This document shows positions 1-10,737 of a stretch of 64,000 nucleotides of DNA, piece by piece. The notes beneath the pieces are model-generated. The model saw only the letters and a list, made by a program, of their open reading frames with translations, was not told where the DNA came from and did not search any database. Source of the stretch: Candidatus Dormiibacterota bacterium (GTDB lineage Bacteria; Chloroflexota; Dormibacteria; Aeolococcales; Aeolococcaceae); NCBI GenBank assembly GCA_963777285.1, contig CAVZPR010000002.1:470304-534303 (forward strand), read 5' to 3'. Made by a program: the position numbers and the translations under genes. The number at the start of each line of letters is the position of its first letter. The stretch's first letter is position 1.

Positions 1-1443
<1,443 letters not shown>

Positions 1444-1444
<1 letters not shown>

Positions 1445-2397
1445 CAGCGGTTCGCTTCCTTGGTGTGGCCGTTGAGAATGCGTTCGGCGAGCGCGTACGG
1501 ATCAACCTCGCGCAGGTCGCCTTCGAGCTCTTGGCCCATTGTCCCCTGACGGAGCGCACGCCGGGCGCGATCGGCCGCCTGCTCGATCACGATCGCCTCC
1601 ACTTCGGCGCGCACGCGCTCCACCCGGCGCACCTCGAGCTCGCCGCTGTCCACCAGGTGCCGGTGATGCCGGTCGATGATCTGGAGCAGCTCGTCGAGGC
1701 CCTCGCCGGTCGACGACGAGGTCATGACCACCGGTGGCGGCCAGGGGTCGTGCGCCTTGGTCTGGCGCACCAGGTCGCGAAGGTCGCGGTACACCTTGGC
1801 GGCGCCGGGCAGGTCGCACTTGTTGACCACGAAGACGTCGGCGATCTCCAGGATGCCGGCCTTGATCACCTGGATGGCGTCGCCCGCGGCGGGCGTCAGC
1901 ACGACCAGGGTGGTGTCCGCCACGCCCATCACCTCGAGCTCGGACTGCCCCACTCCCACGGTCTCCAGCAGGCAGCGGTCGCGTCCTGCGGCGTCGAGCA
2001 GGCGGACCGCCTCCCGGGCGGCGGCCGCCAGCCCGCCGAGGTGTCCGCGGGCGGCCATGCTGCGGATGAAGACGCCGCGGTCCGTGGCGTGGCGCTGCAT
2101 CCGCACCCGGTCGCCGAGGATCGCCCCGCCCGTGAACGGGCTCGATGGATCCACGGCGATCACTCCCACCGCGTGACCCTGGCCGCGCCAGCGCTCGATC
2201 AGCTGATCGCAGAGGGTGCTCTTGCCGCTGCCGGGCGATCCCGTGACGCCGACGACGTGGGCGCGGCCCGTGGCCGGGCGCAGCCGGCGCAGGACCTCGG
2301 CCACCTCGGGATCCCGCTCCTCGACCATCCGTATGGCCCGGGCCAGCGCGCGTACGTCGCCCGCTACAAGGCGGTCGGCGAGATCTGAAGCAGGCAT
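1444..2397 (-). CDS. meaB: Methylmalonyl-CoA mutase-associated GTPase MeaB (ArgK family)
   Basis: [60 protein letters not shown]; adjacent to mutase. Confidence 0.95.
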
Positions 2398-2455
2398 GTC
2401 GGCAATCGAGTGTACCGGCCGCACCGCGACCGCTCGGCCACGCGGGTCCCGTTTA

Positions 2456-3511
2456 ATGGCTGACGTGGAGCGCTACCGCGCGTACGCGCGCCCCCGGCGC
2501 CGCTGGCCGGGGCGCCTCCTTCTGAGCTTCGCGATCGCTCTCGGCTTCCTGCTGTCCGGCGCCGCCGGGGCCCTGGCGTACTTCTGGCCGGCCATCACGA
2601 CGGCGATCCAGGACACGGGCCACACGATCGATCGCGGGGCCCAGAGCCCGCCGCCGGAGGCGACCATCGCTGCGGGCACATCCCCCAGCGCCGCGCCCAC
2701 CGCCGACCCCGGCCAGCCGGTCAGCGGCCAGCCCTTCACGGTCCTCCTGCTGGGTTCGGACAACGACGCGAAGTTCTCCGGCAACGAGGTCCTGACGCAG
2801 TCGATGATCCTGACGCGCGTCAATCCCGCCACCAGGCAGGTGGTGATGGAGTTGATTCCGCGCGACCTGTTCGTGCCGCTGTCCACGGGCGGCACCGACA
2901 AGATCGACAAGGCGTACCTGCACGGCGGCGCAAACGCTGCGGTGACCACCGTGGAGAACGACTTCCACGTGCACATCGACCACTACGCATGGATCGGCCT
3001 GCTCGGGCTGGTGAACCTCATCGACAAGCTGGGCGGGGTCGACGTCGTCGCGACCAATCCGGTGCTGGACGACTTCTACCCGGCGGACCTCTCCGGCGCC
3101 AATCCCTACGCGTACGAGCGCGTCGCGGTGCTGCCCGGGCCGCAGCACATGTCGGGGCTGGAAGCGCTGCAGTACGTGCGCTCCCGCCACGGCGACCTGC
3201 GCAGCGACTTCGGACGATCGCAGCGCCAGCAGGAGGTGCTGCTGGCGATCCGCACCAAGGCAAAGCTGCTCGGCATCAGCGACCTCCCCGACGTCGCGGA
3301 CGCGATGGCCAACGACTTCTCCACCGACATGTCGATCCCGCAGGTTGCGGCGCTGCTTCCCCTCGCCAGCCAGATCACCCTGCAGAACGTGCACCAGGTG
3401 ATCCTCCTGCCGCCCTACACGTACAGCACTCAGGTTGGCTCGCAGTCGGTGCTGGAGCCGAACTGGCCGCTGATCCTCGAGGAAACGCACCAGTACTTCC
3501 CGGCGACATGA
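2456..3511 (+). CDS. LCP (LytR-CpsA-Psr) family cell-envelope phosphotransferase
   Basis: N-terminal TM helix, VLLLGSD, IPRD, LQYVRSRH, DFGRSQRQQ; start placed at ATG 2456. Confidence 0.92.
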   Translation: MADVERYRAYARPRRRWPGRLLLSFAIALGFLLSGAAGALAYFWPAITTAIQDTGHTIDRGAQSPPPEATIAAGTSPSAAPTADPGQPVSGQPFTVLLLGSDNDAKFSGNEVLTQSMILTRVNPATRQVVMELIPRDLFVPLSTGGTDKIDKAYLHGGANAAVTTVENDFHVHIDHYAWIGLLGLVNLIDKLGGVDVVATNPVLDDFYPADLSGANPYAYERVAVLPGPQHMSGLEALQYVRSRHGDLRSDFGRSQRQQEVLLAIRTKAKLLGISDLPDVADAMANDFSTDMSIPQVAALLPLASQITLQNVHQVILLPPYTYSTQVGSQSVLEPNWPLILEETHQYFPAT

Positions 3512-4533
3512 GGCGCGCGCTCACCATCGTGGTGCTGCTCGCCCTGATGGGCGGGTTCGCCTACGGTGTCAACCGCTTCCTCGCTTCGCGCCAGCACGCC
3601 ATCGTCAACGCGTCGACGCCGACGGCGACGCATCCGGCGTTCTCGCTGCCCGGGACCGTGTACCTGGCGCAGAACGGTGTCATGTACCGCCTCCACGGCG
3701 GCACCTTCACGCGCATGAACCTTCCCGGCGGCGGCCAGTGGATGCAGCCTGCGCTCGTGCCCGGCGGCAGCAACCTCCTCGCGGTGCTGCGCACCGCAGC
3801 GTATTCGGAGGTGTTCCTCATCGACGCGGACGGCAACATCCTGCGCCAGCTCAGCCACAACCAGACGTCGAGCAAGACCATCCAGCTGAACCACTGGATG
3901 TTCTGGCCGCACGTGGCCGCCGACGGCACGACGTTCTACGTCAGCTACGACTCGCCGAAATCGCTGTCCAGCTACCAGATCGCGTTCGCTGTGTGGCGTG
4001 GCTCGCTCACCGGCGCGCTGGTGGCGACCCAGGTGACCGATCCCTTCGGGTACACGGGCGGCGACGTCGAGGCCACGCCGCTCGCGAACGGCGACGTGCT
4101 GTACGCGAAGTACCAGATCAACAACGGTCAGGTGTACTCCCGCATCGCCATCCAGACCAAGCCGCTGGCCACGCCCGTGTACCTCACGTCGGCGACGGAC
4201 GACTGCGGCGAACCCGCTGTGTCGCCGGACGGGACGCATGTCGCCATGGTCTGCACCGGCGGCACCGGGCTCCAGAGCACGCGTCTCGAGGTCGCGTCGC
4301 TGCAGGGGACCACGCTGGGAACGCCGGCGGTGCTGGTGAACCACTGCCTGTGCGCGTCACCCGCGTGGTCGCCCGACAGCGCCAGCCTTGTCTACTACAA
4401 CCCCGTCGACGCCACCGGCCACTTCCAGCTCTGGTGGCTGCCCGCGGCCGCGACGGCGCCGCAGGCGCCGCGCGCGATGACGCAGACTCTCGACTTCGAC
4501 GCGACGTCGCCGCCGGCCTGGTCGGCGAGCTGA
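3508..4533 (+). CDS. Membrane-anchored TolB/PD40-like beta-propeller protein
   Basis: ATGA overlap with LCP stop; N-terminal signal/TM; PD40-like motifs PAVSPDG, PAWSPDS, PAWS. Confidence 0.7.
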   Translation: MRRALTIVVLLALMGGFAYGVNRFLASRQHAIVNASTPTATHPAFSLPGTVYLAQNGVMYRLHGGTFTRMNLPGGGQWMQPALVPGGSNLLAVLRTAAYSEVFLIDADGNILRQLSHNQTSSKTIQLNHWMFWPHVAADGTTFYVSYDSPKSLSSYQIAFAVWRGSLTGALVATQVTDPFGYTGGDVEATPLANGDVLYAKYQINNGQVYSRIAIQTKPLATPVYLTSATDDCGEPAVSPDGTHVAMVCTGGTGLQSTRLEVASLQGTTLGTPAVLVNHCLCASPAWSPDSASLVYYNPVDATGHFQLWWLPAAATAPQAPRAMTQTLDFDATSPPAWSAS

Positions 4534-4542
4534 GATTCGCTG

Positions 4543-4741
4543 AGCCCGTCGCGGCTCCGGCGGGTGACGGCGCGGGGGGAAGCGTCACCGGCGGAACCCG
4601 CTTCACTGGCCCCACAGCCAACAGGTGTTTGCGCGCTCAGGGGCTGTGGGGGTGAAGCGTTGTAGCCGGTGGCGAGGGTCCCCGCGCCAGGCAGGACCCG
4701 CCGGAGCCAAGGGACCGGGCCCGCCGGAGCCGCGGTGGGCT
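4543..4741 (+). repeat. ~200-nt imperfect inverted repeat (rod-like hairpin) between convergent genes; possible structured RNA or 3' UTR element
   Basis: Nested helices 4543-4564/4720-4741, 4569-4578/4679-4688, 4583-4592/4665-4674, 4599-4606/4652-4659, 4610-4619/4642-4651; non-Watson-Crick positions are G-U on the + strand. Confidence 0.8.
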
Positions 4742-5774
4742 AGTAGAACACCTGGGCGAGCTCGTACAGGTCTCGCGGCACGCGGCGCGTCTCGGCGACG
4801 ACATCGGCGATGCGCGCGACGTCGACGGCGCCGCAGCGCACCACGGGCATCTCGCCCCAGCGCTGCGCCGCGACCAGGTCGCACGCGGCGGCGCCGACGC
4901 GCGTGGCCCAGATGCGGTCGTACGCAGAGGGCGAGCCGCCGCGCTGCAGATGCCCCAGCACCGTGGCGCGCGTCTCGTGCCCGGTGCGCTCCTCGATGAT
5001 GCGGGCCAGCAACTCGCCGACAGCGCGGCGGGCCAGCTGCACGTGTCCGAAGGCGTCACGCGTGCCCTGCGCATCGTCCTTCGACGCGAGGCCCTCCATC
5101 TCGACGCCTTCGGCGACGACGATGATGCTGAAGTCGCTGCCGGCCTGCGTGCGCTTCTCGAGATGAGCCACGACCTCGTCGACGGTCACGGGAAACTCGG
5201 GGATGATGATCATGTCGGCGCCGCCGGCGAGCCCGCCCATGACGCCGACCCAGCCGGTGTCGCGGCCCATCACCTCGAGCACCATCACGCGATGGTGTGA
5301 CATCGCCGTCGTGTGCAGCCGGTCGAGCGCCTCCGCCACAACGCTCACCGCGCTGTCGAACCCGATGCAGTACTCGGTGACGCTGAGGTCGTTGTCCATC
5401 GTCTTGGGAACGCCGACGACACAGCCGCCGTGCTCCGCAAGCCACGCCGCGACGGACAGTGTGTCGTCGCCGCCGATGGCGACGAGCCCGTCGAGCCCGA
5501 GCCGCTCGATGTTGCGCTGCACCTCCTCGCGCCCGCCTTCACGCTTCATGGGATTGACGCGCGAGCTGCCCAGCACGGTGCCTCCCAGCTGCAGGATGCC
5601 GGAGAACGCCGGGCGCTCCATGACGCTGGTGTCGCCGTCGCCGAGCAGCCCGGCCCAGCCGTTGCGGATGCCGATGAGGGTGTCGCCGCGCAGCAGGGCG
5701 CGGCGGCCGACGGCGCGGATCGCCGCGTTGAGCCCGGGAGCGTCGCCGCCTCCGGTGAGCAACCCGATCTTCAC
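4740..5774 (-). CDS. pfkA: 6-phosphofructokinase (group III-like) with PPi-dependent signature residues
   Basis: LTGGGDAPGLNAAIR, GGTVLGSSR, IGGDDT, PKTMDND, EVMGR, VLGHLQRGG. Confidence 0.93.
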   Translation of the reverse strand: MKIGLLTGGGDAPGLNAAIRAVGRRALLRGDTLIGIRNGWAGLLGDGDTSVMERPAFSGILQLGGTVLGSSRVNPMKREGGREEVQRNIERLGLDGLVAIGGDDTLSVAAWLAEHGGCVVGVPKTMDNDLSVTEYCIGFDSAVSVVAEALDRLHTTAMSHHRVMVLEVMGRDTGWVGVMGGLAGGADMIIIPEFPVTVDEVVAHLEKRTQAGSDFSIIVVAEGVEMEGLASKDDAQGTRDAFGHVQLARRAVGELLARIIEERTGHETRATVLGHLQRGGSPSAYDRIWATRVGAAACDLVAAQRWGEMPVVRCGAVDVARIADVVAETRRVPRDLYELAQVFY

Positions 5775-5793
5775 GTCGATCCCTCGGCTGACG

Positions 5794-7227
5794 CTAGCTT
5801 CCTACGCCGGGGTCTCCCAGGAAGGATTCCTCCTCCGCGGATCCCAGCACGACGACCACGCCACCGGCCGCAGCCGGGCCGCTGCCGGTGGCCGCCGGCG
5901 GCTGCGTCGTGACGGGCACGCCGAAGTATGACGCCAGCCACTGCGCGGCCTTCGTGTCCTTGCCGCTGCTCTCGTCGATGACCTCGGTGTTGGATTGCCG
6001 CGCCACGCGACCGCCGTCGCTGCTGGTGAAGCCGGTCCAACCGACGACCTGCGCCCAGCGCCCCGACGCGTCCAGGCCTCGGCCGCTCGCGTCGTAGAAA
6101 TGCACCGCCGCGTGCTCCGCCAGGGCCGGCTCTGGCGGGAAGATGTTCTGGATGTAGTGGTGCAGCGTCTGGAACGTGCTGTCGTGCGCGTAGATGTAGG
6201 CGGCGCCGCAATTGCGCGGGTAGCCGCACTCGTAGAGGAAGTTGGCATCGTCGATGCTCACGTGCTCGATGGAGGTCGGCGGCACGTCCTTGACCAGGCC
6301 GTAGAGCGACTCGGCGTCGCTGATGGTGAGGTTGGTCAGCACGTTGTCACCGAGTGCGTTGAGCAGGTCCGGAAGATCGCCGATGCCGCCGATGCTCACC
6401 ACCTTCTGCTTGAGCGCGGCGATGATCAGCTGCTGCCGCCGGCTGCGCGCGAAGTCGCTGCCCTCGCCGTTGTTGCCATGACGTGACCTGGCGAAGATCA
6501 GCGCTGTGGCGCCGTCCATGTGCTGCGGCCCGGCGTTGAAGTGCACCGTCTCGTATCTGCAGTCGCCTTCCGCGCACTCGCCATGCGGGTACTGCGAGTC
6601 GGTGAAGGACCGCTGCACGGTGACGTCGACGCCGCCCACCGCGTCCACGGCCGCCTTGAACGCCTCGAAGTCGACGCCGACGAAGTAGTCGATGTGGACG
6701 CCGAGGAGGTGCTCCAGCGTCGGGTCGGCAACCGACGCGCCGGAGTCGACCTGGTTTGCCGCCACCGGGCCGCGGCCACTCATGCCATACGCGTACGCCG
6801 CGTTGACGCGCTGGTATGTCGTCCCATGCGCCAGCGTGATCGGCACGTACCAGTCGCGCGGTATCGAGATCTCCGCGACCTGCGGCGGGCCACTCGGCTG
6901 CGGGTTGATGGAGATGAGCATGATCGAGTCGGAGAGAAAGGCACCGGCGTGGCCGTCGCCCCCATAGCCGTACACCATGATGTTGATGCGCTGCAGGTGC
7001 TGCTGCTGCTGCGCGACCTGTGAGCCGCTGCCGCCACCCAGCGCGCTGATCACGGCGCTGAACGGGTTGGTGTGGAAGGCGTGCGCCAGGCCGAGCGCGA
7101 CCCGCACCCCGTAGCTGCCCAGCAGGATGACGACCGCGGCGACGATCGCCAGTGAGATCCGCTTGACGGTGAGTCCGCGCGGCAGCAGGTTGTACCTGGA
7201 GCGGCGGCGGCGCGTCGTCGAAGCCAT
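5794..7227 (-). CDS. LCP family protein with C-terminal LytR_C-like domain
   Basis: Basic N-tail plus TM helix, SDSIML, SIPRD, ALIFARSRH, SDFARSRRQQ; C-terminal VVVVLG typical of LytR_C; start at ATG 7227. Confidence 0.9.
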   Translation of the reverse strand: MASTTRRRRSRYNLLPRGLTVKRISLAIVAAVVILLGSYGVRVALGLAHAFHTNPFSAVISALGGGSGSQVAQQQQHLQRINIMVYGYGGDGHAGAFLSDSIMLISINPQPSGPPQVAEISIPRDWYVPITLAHGTTYQRVNAAYAYGMSGRGPVAANQVDSGASVADPTLEHLLGVHIDYFVGVDFEAFKAAVDAVGGVDVTVQRSFTDSQYPHGECAEGDCRYETVHFNAGPQHMDGATALIFARSRHGNNGEGSDFARSRRQQLIIAALKQKVVSIGGIGDLPDLLNALGDNVLTNLTISDAESLYGLVKDVPPTSIEHVSIDDANFLYECGYPRNCGAAYIYAHDSTFQTLHHYIQNIFPPEPALAEHAAVHFYDASGRGLDASGRWAQVVGWTGFTSSDGGRVARQSNTEVIDESSGKDTKAAQWLASYFGVPVTTQPPAATGSGPAAAGGVVVVLGSAEEESFLGDPGVGS

Positions 7228-7330
7228 GTGTTCTGAGAGTTGTCCTCGCTGGGGCGAACAGCTGTGCGCCCGCCCAGGCTGCGTACCTCGCGGCACCCGA
7301 ACCAGGTGCCGATTGGGTCTCCCTCGGTGG

Positions 7331-7355
7331 AACGTTGAAGGCGACGGCGGGTTAC
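7331..7355 (-). promoter_or_regulatory. Candidate ECF-sigma promoter GTAAC-N16-CGTT for the LCP gene
   Basis: Minus strand reads GTAAC ccgccgtcgccttcaa CGTT about 100 nt upstream of the ATG; matches the AAC-N16-CGT ECF consensus. Confidence 0.45.
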
Positions 7356-7472
7356 CGGAGGCGACGGCTAGCGTACCCCAACCCCGCGGCCGCGGCGTGC
7401 TCTGATCACCAAGCGGCGCGCGGCGAGTGCCATCATCGCGGCCGCCCAACCCGTGCAAGAAGGAGCAACAGC

Positions 7473-8438
7473 ATGCGCGTGCAGCAGGTCACGCATCTCG
7501 AAGGCCCGGCAGGCCTGCGCACGGCGACGATCGACGATCCGGAGTCCGCCGACCGCGTGGCCATCGAGGTGCAGGCCGCCGGCGTCAGCTTTCCCGACCT
7601 GCTGCTGACTCGCGGCCTGTATCAGATGAAGCCACCCCTGCCGTTCGTTCCCGGTGTGGAGGTCTCGGGTACGGTGCGCACCGCGCCCGCGGCAAGCGGA
7701 TTCGCAGCCGGCGACGCGGTGATGGCGTTCACGATGCTTGGTGGATTCGCGGAGGTGGCGCTCGCCGACCCCGCCTTCACGGTGCGCATACCGCCGCAGC
7801 TGGATGTGATCGCCGCGGGCGGCTTCATCATGAACTACCACACGGCGCACTTCGCCCTGGCGCGCCGCGGGCGCGTGCATGCCGGCGACACGGTGGCGGT
7901 GCACGGGGCAGCCGGTGGGGTGGGAACCGCCGCAGTGCAGGTGGCGCGAGGTCTCGGCGCGCACGTCATCGCGCTGACCAGCTCGGACGAGAAGTCCGAG
8001 GTGGCGCGCCGCGCCGGCGCGCACGACGTCGTCGACACGCAGGGTGACTGGCCCGCGCAGCTGCGTGCCGCCACCGGCGGGCGCGGTGCGGACGTCATCC
8101 TCGATCCTGTCGGCGGCGACCGGTTCGACGCCAGCCTTCGGTGCCTGGCGCCGGAGGGACGGCTCGTGGTCGTCGGCTTCACCGAGGGCCGCATACCGAG
8201 CGTGCAGGTGAACCGCCTCCTCTTTCGCAACGTCGACGTGGTCGGAGCAGCGTGGGGAGCCTTTCTCAGCGTCGAGCCGTCGCTCTTCGCCGGCACGCAT
8301 CAGGCGCTGCTCACGATGCTCGAGTCCGCTGATGTCTCGCCCATCGTCGGTGCCACGTTTGCACTCGACGACGCCGCCGGCGCGCTGCGTCTGCTCGAGG
8401 AGCGGCGAGCCACCGGCAAGGTGGTGCTGCAGATCTGA
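7473..8438 (+). CDS. NADPH:quinone oxidoreductase (zeta-crystallin/MDR family)
   Basis: AAGVSFPDLL, PPLPFVPGVEVSG, VHGAAGGVGTAA, ATGKVVL; SD AGGAG upstream of ATG 7473. Confidence 0.92.
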   Translation: MRVQQVTHLEGPAGLRTATIDDPESADRVAIEVQAAGVSFPDLLLTRGLYQMKPPLPFVPGVEVSGTVRTAPAASGFAAGDAVMAFTMLGGFAEVALADPAFTVRIPPQLDVIAAGGFIMNYHTAHFALARRGRVHAGDTVAVHGAAGGVGTAAVQVARGLGAHVIALTSSDEKSEVARRAGAHDVVDTQGDWPAQLRAATGGRGADVILDPVGGDRFDASLRCLAPEGRLVVVGFTEGRIPSVQVNRLLFRNVDVVGAAWGAFLSVEPSLFAGTHQALLTMLESADVSPIVGATFALDDAAGALRLLEERRATGKVVLQI

Positions 8439-8456
8439 GGAGTCTTCGGTCGCTGA

Positions 8457-9611
8457 TCAGCCGGGGGCGCGCAGCAGGTCCCGCGCGATGACGACGCGCT
8501 GTATCTGGTTGGTCCCCTCGTAGATCTGCGTGATCTTGGCGTCGCGCATCATGCGTTCGACGGGAAACTCGTTGACGTAGCCGTAACCGCCGAGGATCTG
8601 CACCGCGTCGGTGGTCACCTTCATCGCGGCGTCGCCGGCGAGCAGCTTGGCGATCGCCGCGTGGTGCGTCACGTCGGGGCTGTGATCGTCGATGAGCTGC
8701 GACGCCCAGTACACCATGGCGCGCGCCGCGGCCGTCTGCGCCTCCATGTCCGCGATCATGAACTGGATTCCCTGGAACTCACCGATCGCCTTGCCGAACT
8801 GCTTGCGCTCGCGCGCGTAGCCGACCGCGTAGTCGAGCGCACCCTGGGCGATCCCCAGCGCCTGCGCGGCGACGCCGGGGCGCGAGCGGTCGAGCACCCG
8901 CATGGCGATACGAAAGCCGTCGCCCTCCTCGCCCAGCCGGTTCGCCGCGGGCACCACGACCTCGTCGAGACGGAGCTCCGCGGTGTTGCTGCCGCGGATG
9001 CCGAGCTTGCCGTGGATGGTCGACGCCTCGAATCCTTTGAGGTGCTGCGCGTCCTCCAGCACGAAGGCGCTCACCCCGCCGGCGCGCTGCGTGGGGTCCG
9101 TCTTGGCGAACACGACGATGGTGTCGGCAACGCCGCCGTCGGTGATCCATATCTTGTTGCCGGTGATGACGTACTCGCCGTCGTGCCGGTCCGCGCGCGT
9201 CTCCATGGCCGCGGGATCGCTGCCCGCGCCGGGCTCGCTGAGCGCGTAGGCGCACAGCTTCGCGCCGCTGGCGAGATCGGGGAGCAGGCGCTGCTTCTGC
9301 TCGTCGCTGCCGGCGATCATGATCGGATACGCACCCAGCGCCTGCACCGCGAGGATGAGCGCGCTGGTGGCGCACACCTTCGCCACCTCTTCGATGGCGA
9401 CGTTGAGCGTTAGGGCGCTGCCGCTGAGGCCGCCGTACTCCGGGGGAAAGGGCAGCGCGAACAGGTCCTGGCGGCGGAACATCTCGACGACGTCCCACGG
9501 GAACTCGCCGGTGCGGTCGATCTCGGCCGCGCGCGGCGCGATCTTGCTGCGCGCCAGCTCGCGCACCGTCTGGCGGATCATCGCCTGCTCGTCGTTGAGA
9601 CGCACGTCCAT
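8457..9611 (-). CDS. Acyl-CoA dehydrogenase (short/branched-chain type)
   Basis: ALSEPGAGSD, GNKIWIT, KLGIRGS, RKQFGK, GGYGY, IYEGTNQIQR. Confidence 0.95.
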   Translation of the reverse strand: MDVRLNDEQAMIRQTVRELARSKIAPRAAEIDRTGEFPWDVVEMFRRQDLFALPFPPEYGGLSGSALTLNVAIEEVAKVCATSALILAVQALGAYPIMIAGSDEQKQRLLPDLASGAKLCAYALSEPGAGSDPAAMETRADRHDGEYVITGNKIWITDGGVADTIVVFAKTDPTQRAGGVSAFVLEDAQHLKGFEASTIHGKLGIRGSNTAELRLDEVVVPAANRLGEEGDGFRIAMRVLDRSRPGVAAQALGIAQGALDYAVGYARERKQFGKAIGEFQGIQFMIADMEAQTAAARAMVYWASQLIDDHSPDVTHHAAIAKLLAGDAAMKVTTDAVQILGGYGYVNEFPVERMMRDAKITQIYEGTNQIQRVVIARDLLRAPG

Positions 9612-9621
9612 GCCCCAGATC

Positions 9622-10737
9622 CTAGCGACCGTGGAGCAGCGCTCGCGCGATCACAATGCGCTGCACCTGGTTGGTGCCCTCGTAGATCTGGCACGCCTTG
9701 GCGTCGCGCATGCGGATCGCGGCGGGATGCGTTTCGACGGCCGACTCGGGCGAGCACATGTCCATCGCCGCCTGGGCCACCGCCATGCACGTGTCCGTCG
9801 CGTACAGCTTGGCCACCGACGCAGCGAGCGTCACCGTCTCGCTCTCGTCCGCCGTCGCCGCCGCGTGGCGCGTCAGCGCACGCGAGGCCTGCGTCCGCGC
9901 CTCCATGTCCGCCAGCGCCGTCTCATCGGCCTCGCGCTCAGCATGCGATCTCGCGTGCGTCACCGCGGCATCCAGAGCGCCTTGGGCGATGCCGACCGCC
10001 TGCGCCGATATGCCGACTCGGCCGCTGTCCAGCGCCACCATCGCGATCGTGAAGCCGTCACCCACTCGCCCCAGCACGTTGGCAGCCGGGACCCGCACGT
10101 CATCGAGCACGACCTCGGCGGTCAACGAGCCGCGCAGCCCCAGCTTGTGGAACGGTTGGCCGGCGTGCACGCCGGGCCAGCCCGACTCCACGATGAACGC
10201 CGAGATGCCCCGCGCGCCTTCACCGGTGCGGGCCATCACCACGTAGAGGTCGGCGTCACCCGCGTTGGTGATGAACGTCTTGGTGCCGCGCAGCACGTAG
10301 TCGTCGCCGTCGCGAACAGCGCGCGTTTGCAGATGGGCGGCGTCGCTTCCCGCGGACGGCTCGGTGAGCGCGAAGCCCGCGAGCCACTCGCCGGACGCCA
10401 GTCGCGGCAGGTAGCGCGCCTTCTGCTCGGCGTCGCCGAAGATGATGATCGGCTCGCTGCCCACAGAGACGTGCACGTCGAGGGTCACGGACGCGCTCGC
10501 GTCGGCGCGGGCCACCGCCTCGATGAGGTCGGCGAAATCGCGGTGCGAGCCGCCGGCGCCGCCGAGGTCGGGCGACGTCAGGATTCCCGCGAGGCCGGCC
10601 TCCCCCGCCGCTCCGACGACGTCTTTGGGTCGCGGTCCGTCACCCCTTGCCAGGGACGCCGCCACGGGCCGGACGTAGTCGTCGACGAACCCGCGGATCC
10701 GTTCCTGCAGCGCTGCGGCGCCGAGCTCAGCCGGCAT
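9622..10737 (-). CDS. Acyl-CoA dehydrogenase (divergent C-terminal half)
   Basis: ALTEPSAGSD, GTKTFITN, KLGLRGS, IYEGTNQVQR; lacks the RxQFG and GGYG motifs. Confidence 0.85.
   Translation of the reverse strand: MPAELGAAALQERIRGFVDDYVRPVAASLARGDGPRPKDVVGAAGEAGLAGILTSPDLGGAGGSHRDFADLIEAVARADASASVTLDVHVSVGSEPIIIFGDAEQKARYLPRLASGEWLAGFALTEPSAGSDAAHLQTRAVRDGDDYVLRGTKTFITNAGDADLYVVMARTGEGARGISAFIVESGWPGVHAGQPFHKLGLRGSLTAEVVLDDVRVPAANVLGRVGDGFTIAMVALDSGRVGISAQAVGIAQGALDAAVTHARSHAEREADETALADMEARTQASRALTRHAAATADESETVTLAASVAKLYATDTCMAVAQAAMDMCSPESAVETHPAAIRMRDAKACQIYEGTNQVQRIVIARALLHGR

Noticed and set aside
2398-2455. Cobalamin riboswitch upstream of meaB/mutase
   Set aside because: Spacer is under 60 nt and has no B12-box.
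4543-4741. Firm call as 6S RNA, SRP RNA or intrinsic terminator
   Set aside because: No SRP GGAA/AGCAG domain-IV motif, the central bubble is not 6S-like, and there is no U-tract; kept as an unassigned hairpin.
7228-7470. c-di-AMP (ydaO) or c-di-GMP riboswitch in the LCP leader
   Set aside because: Conserved cores (GCTGAATCC...CAGCTAAC; GGCAAACC...GACGCAAAG) are not present on either strand.
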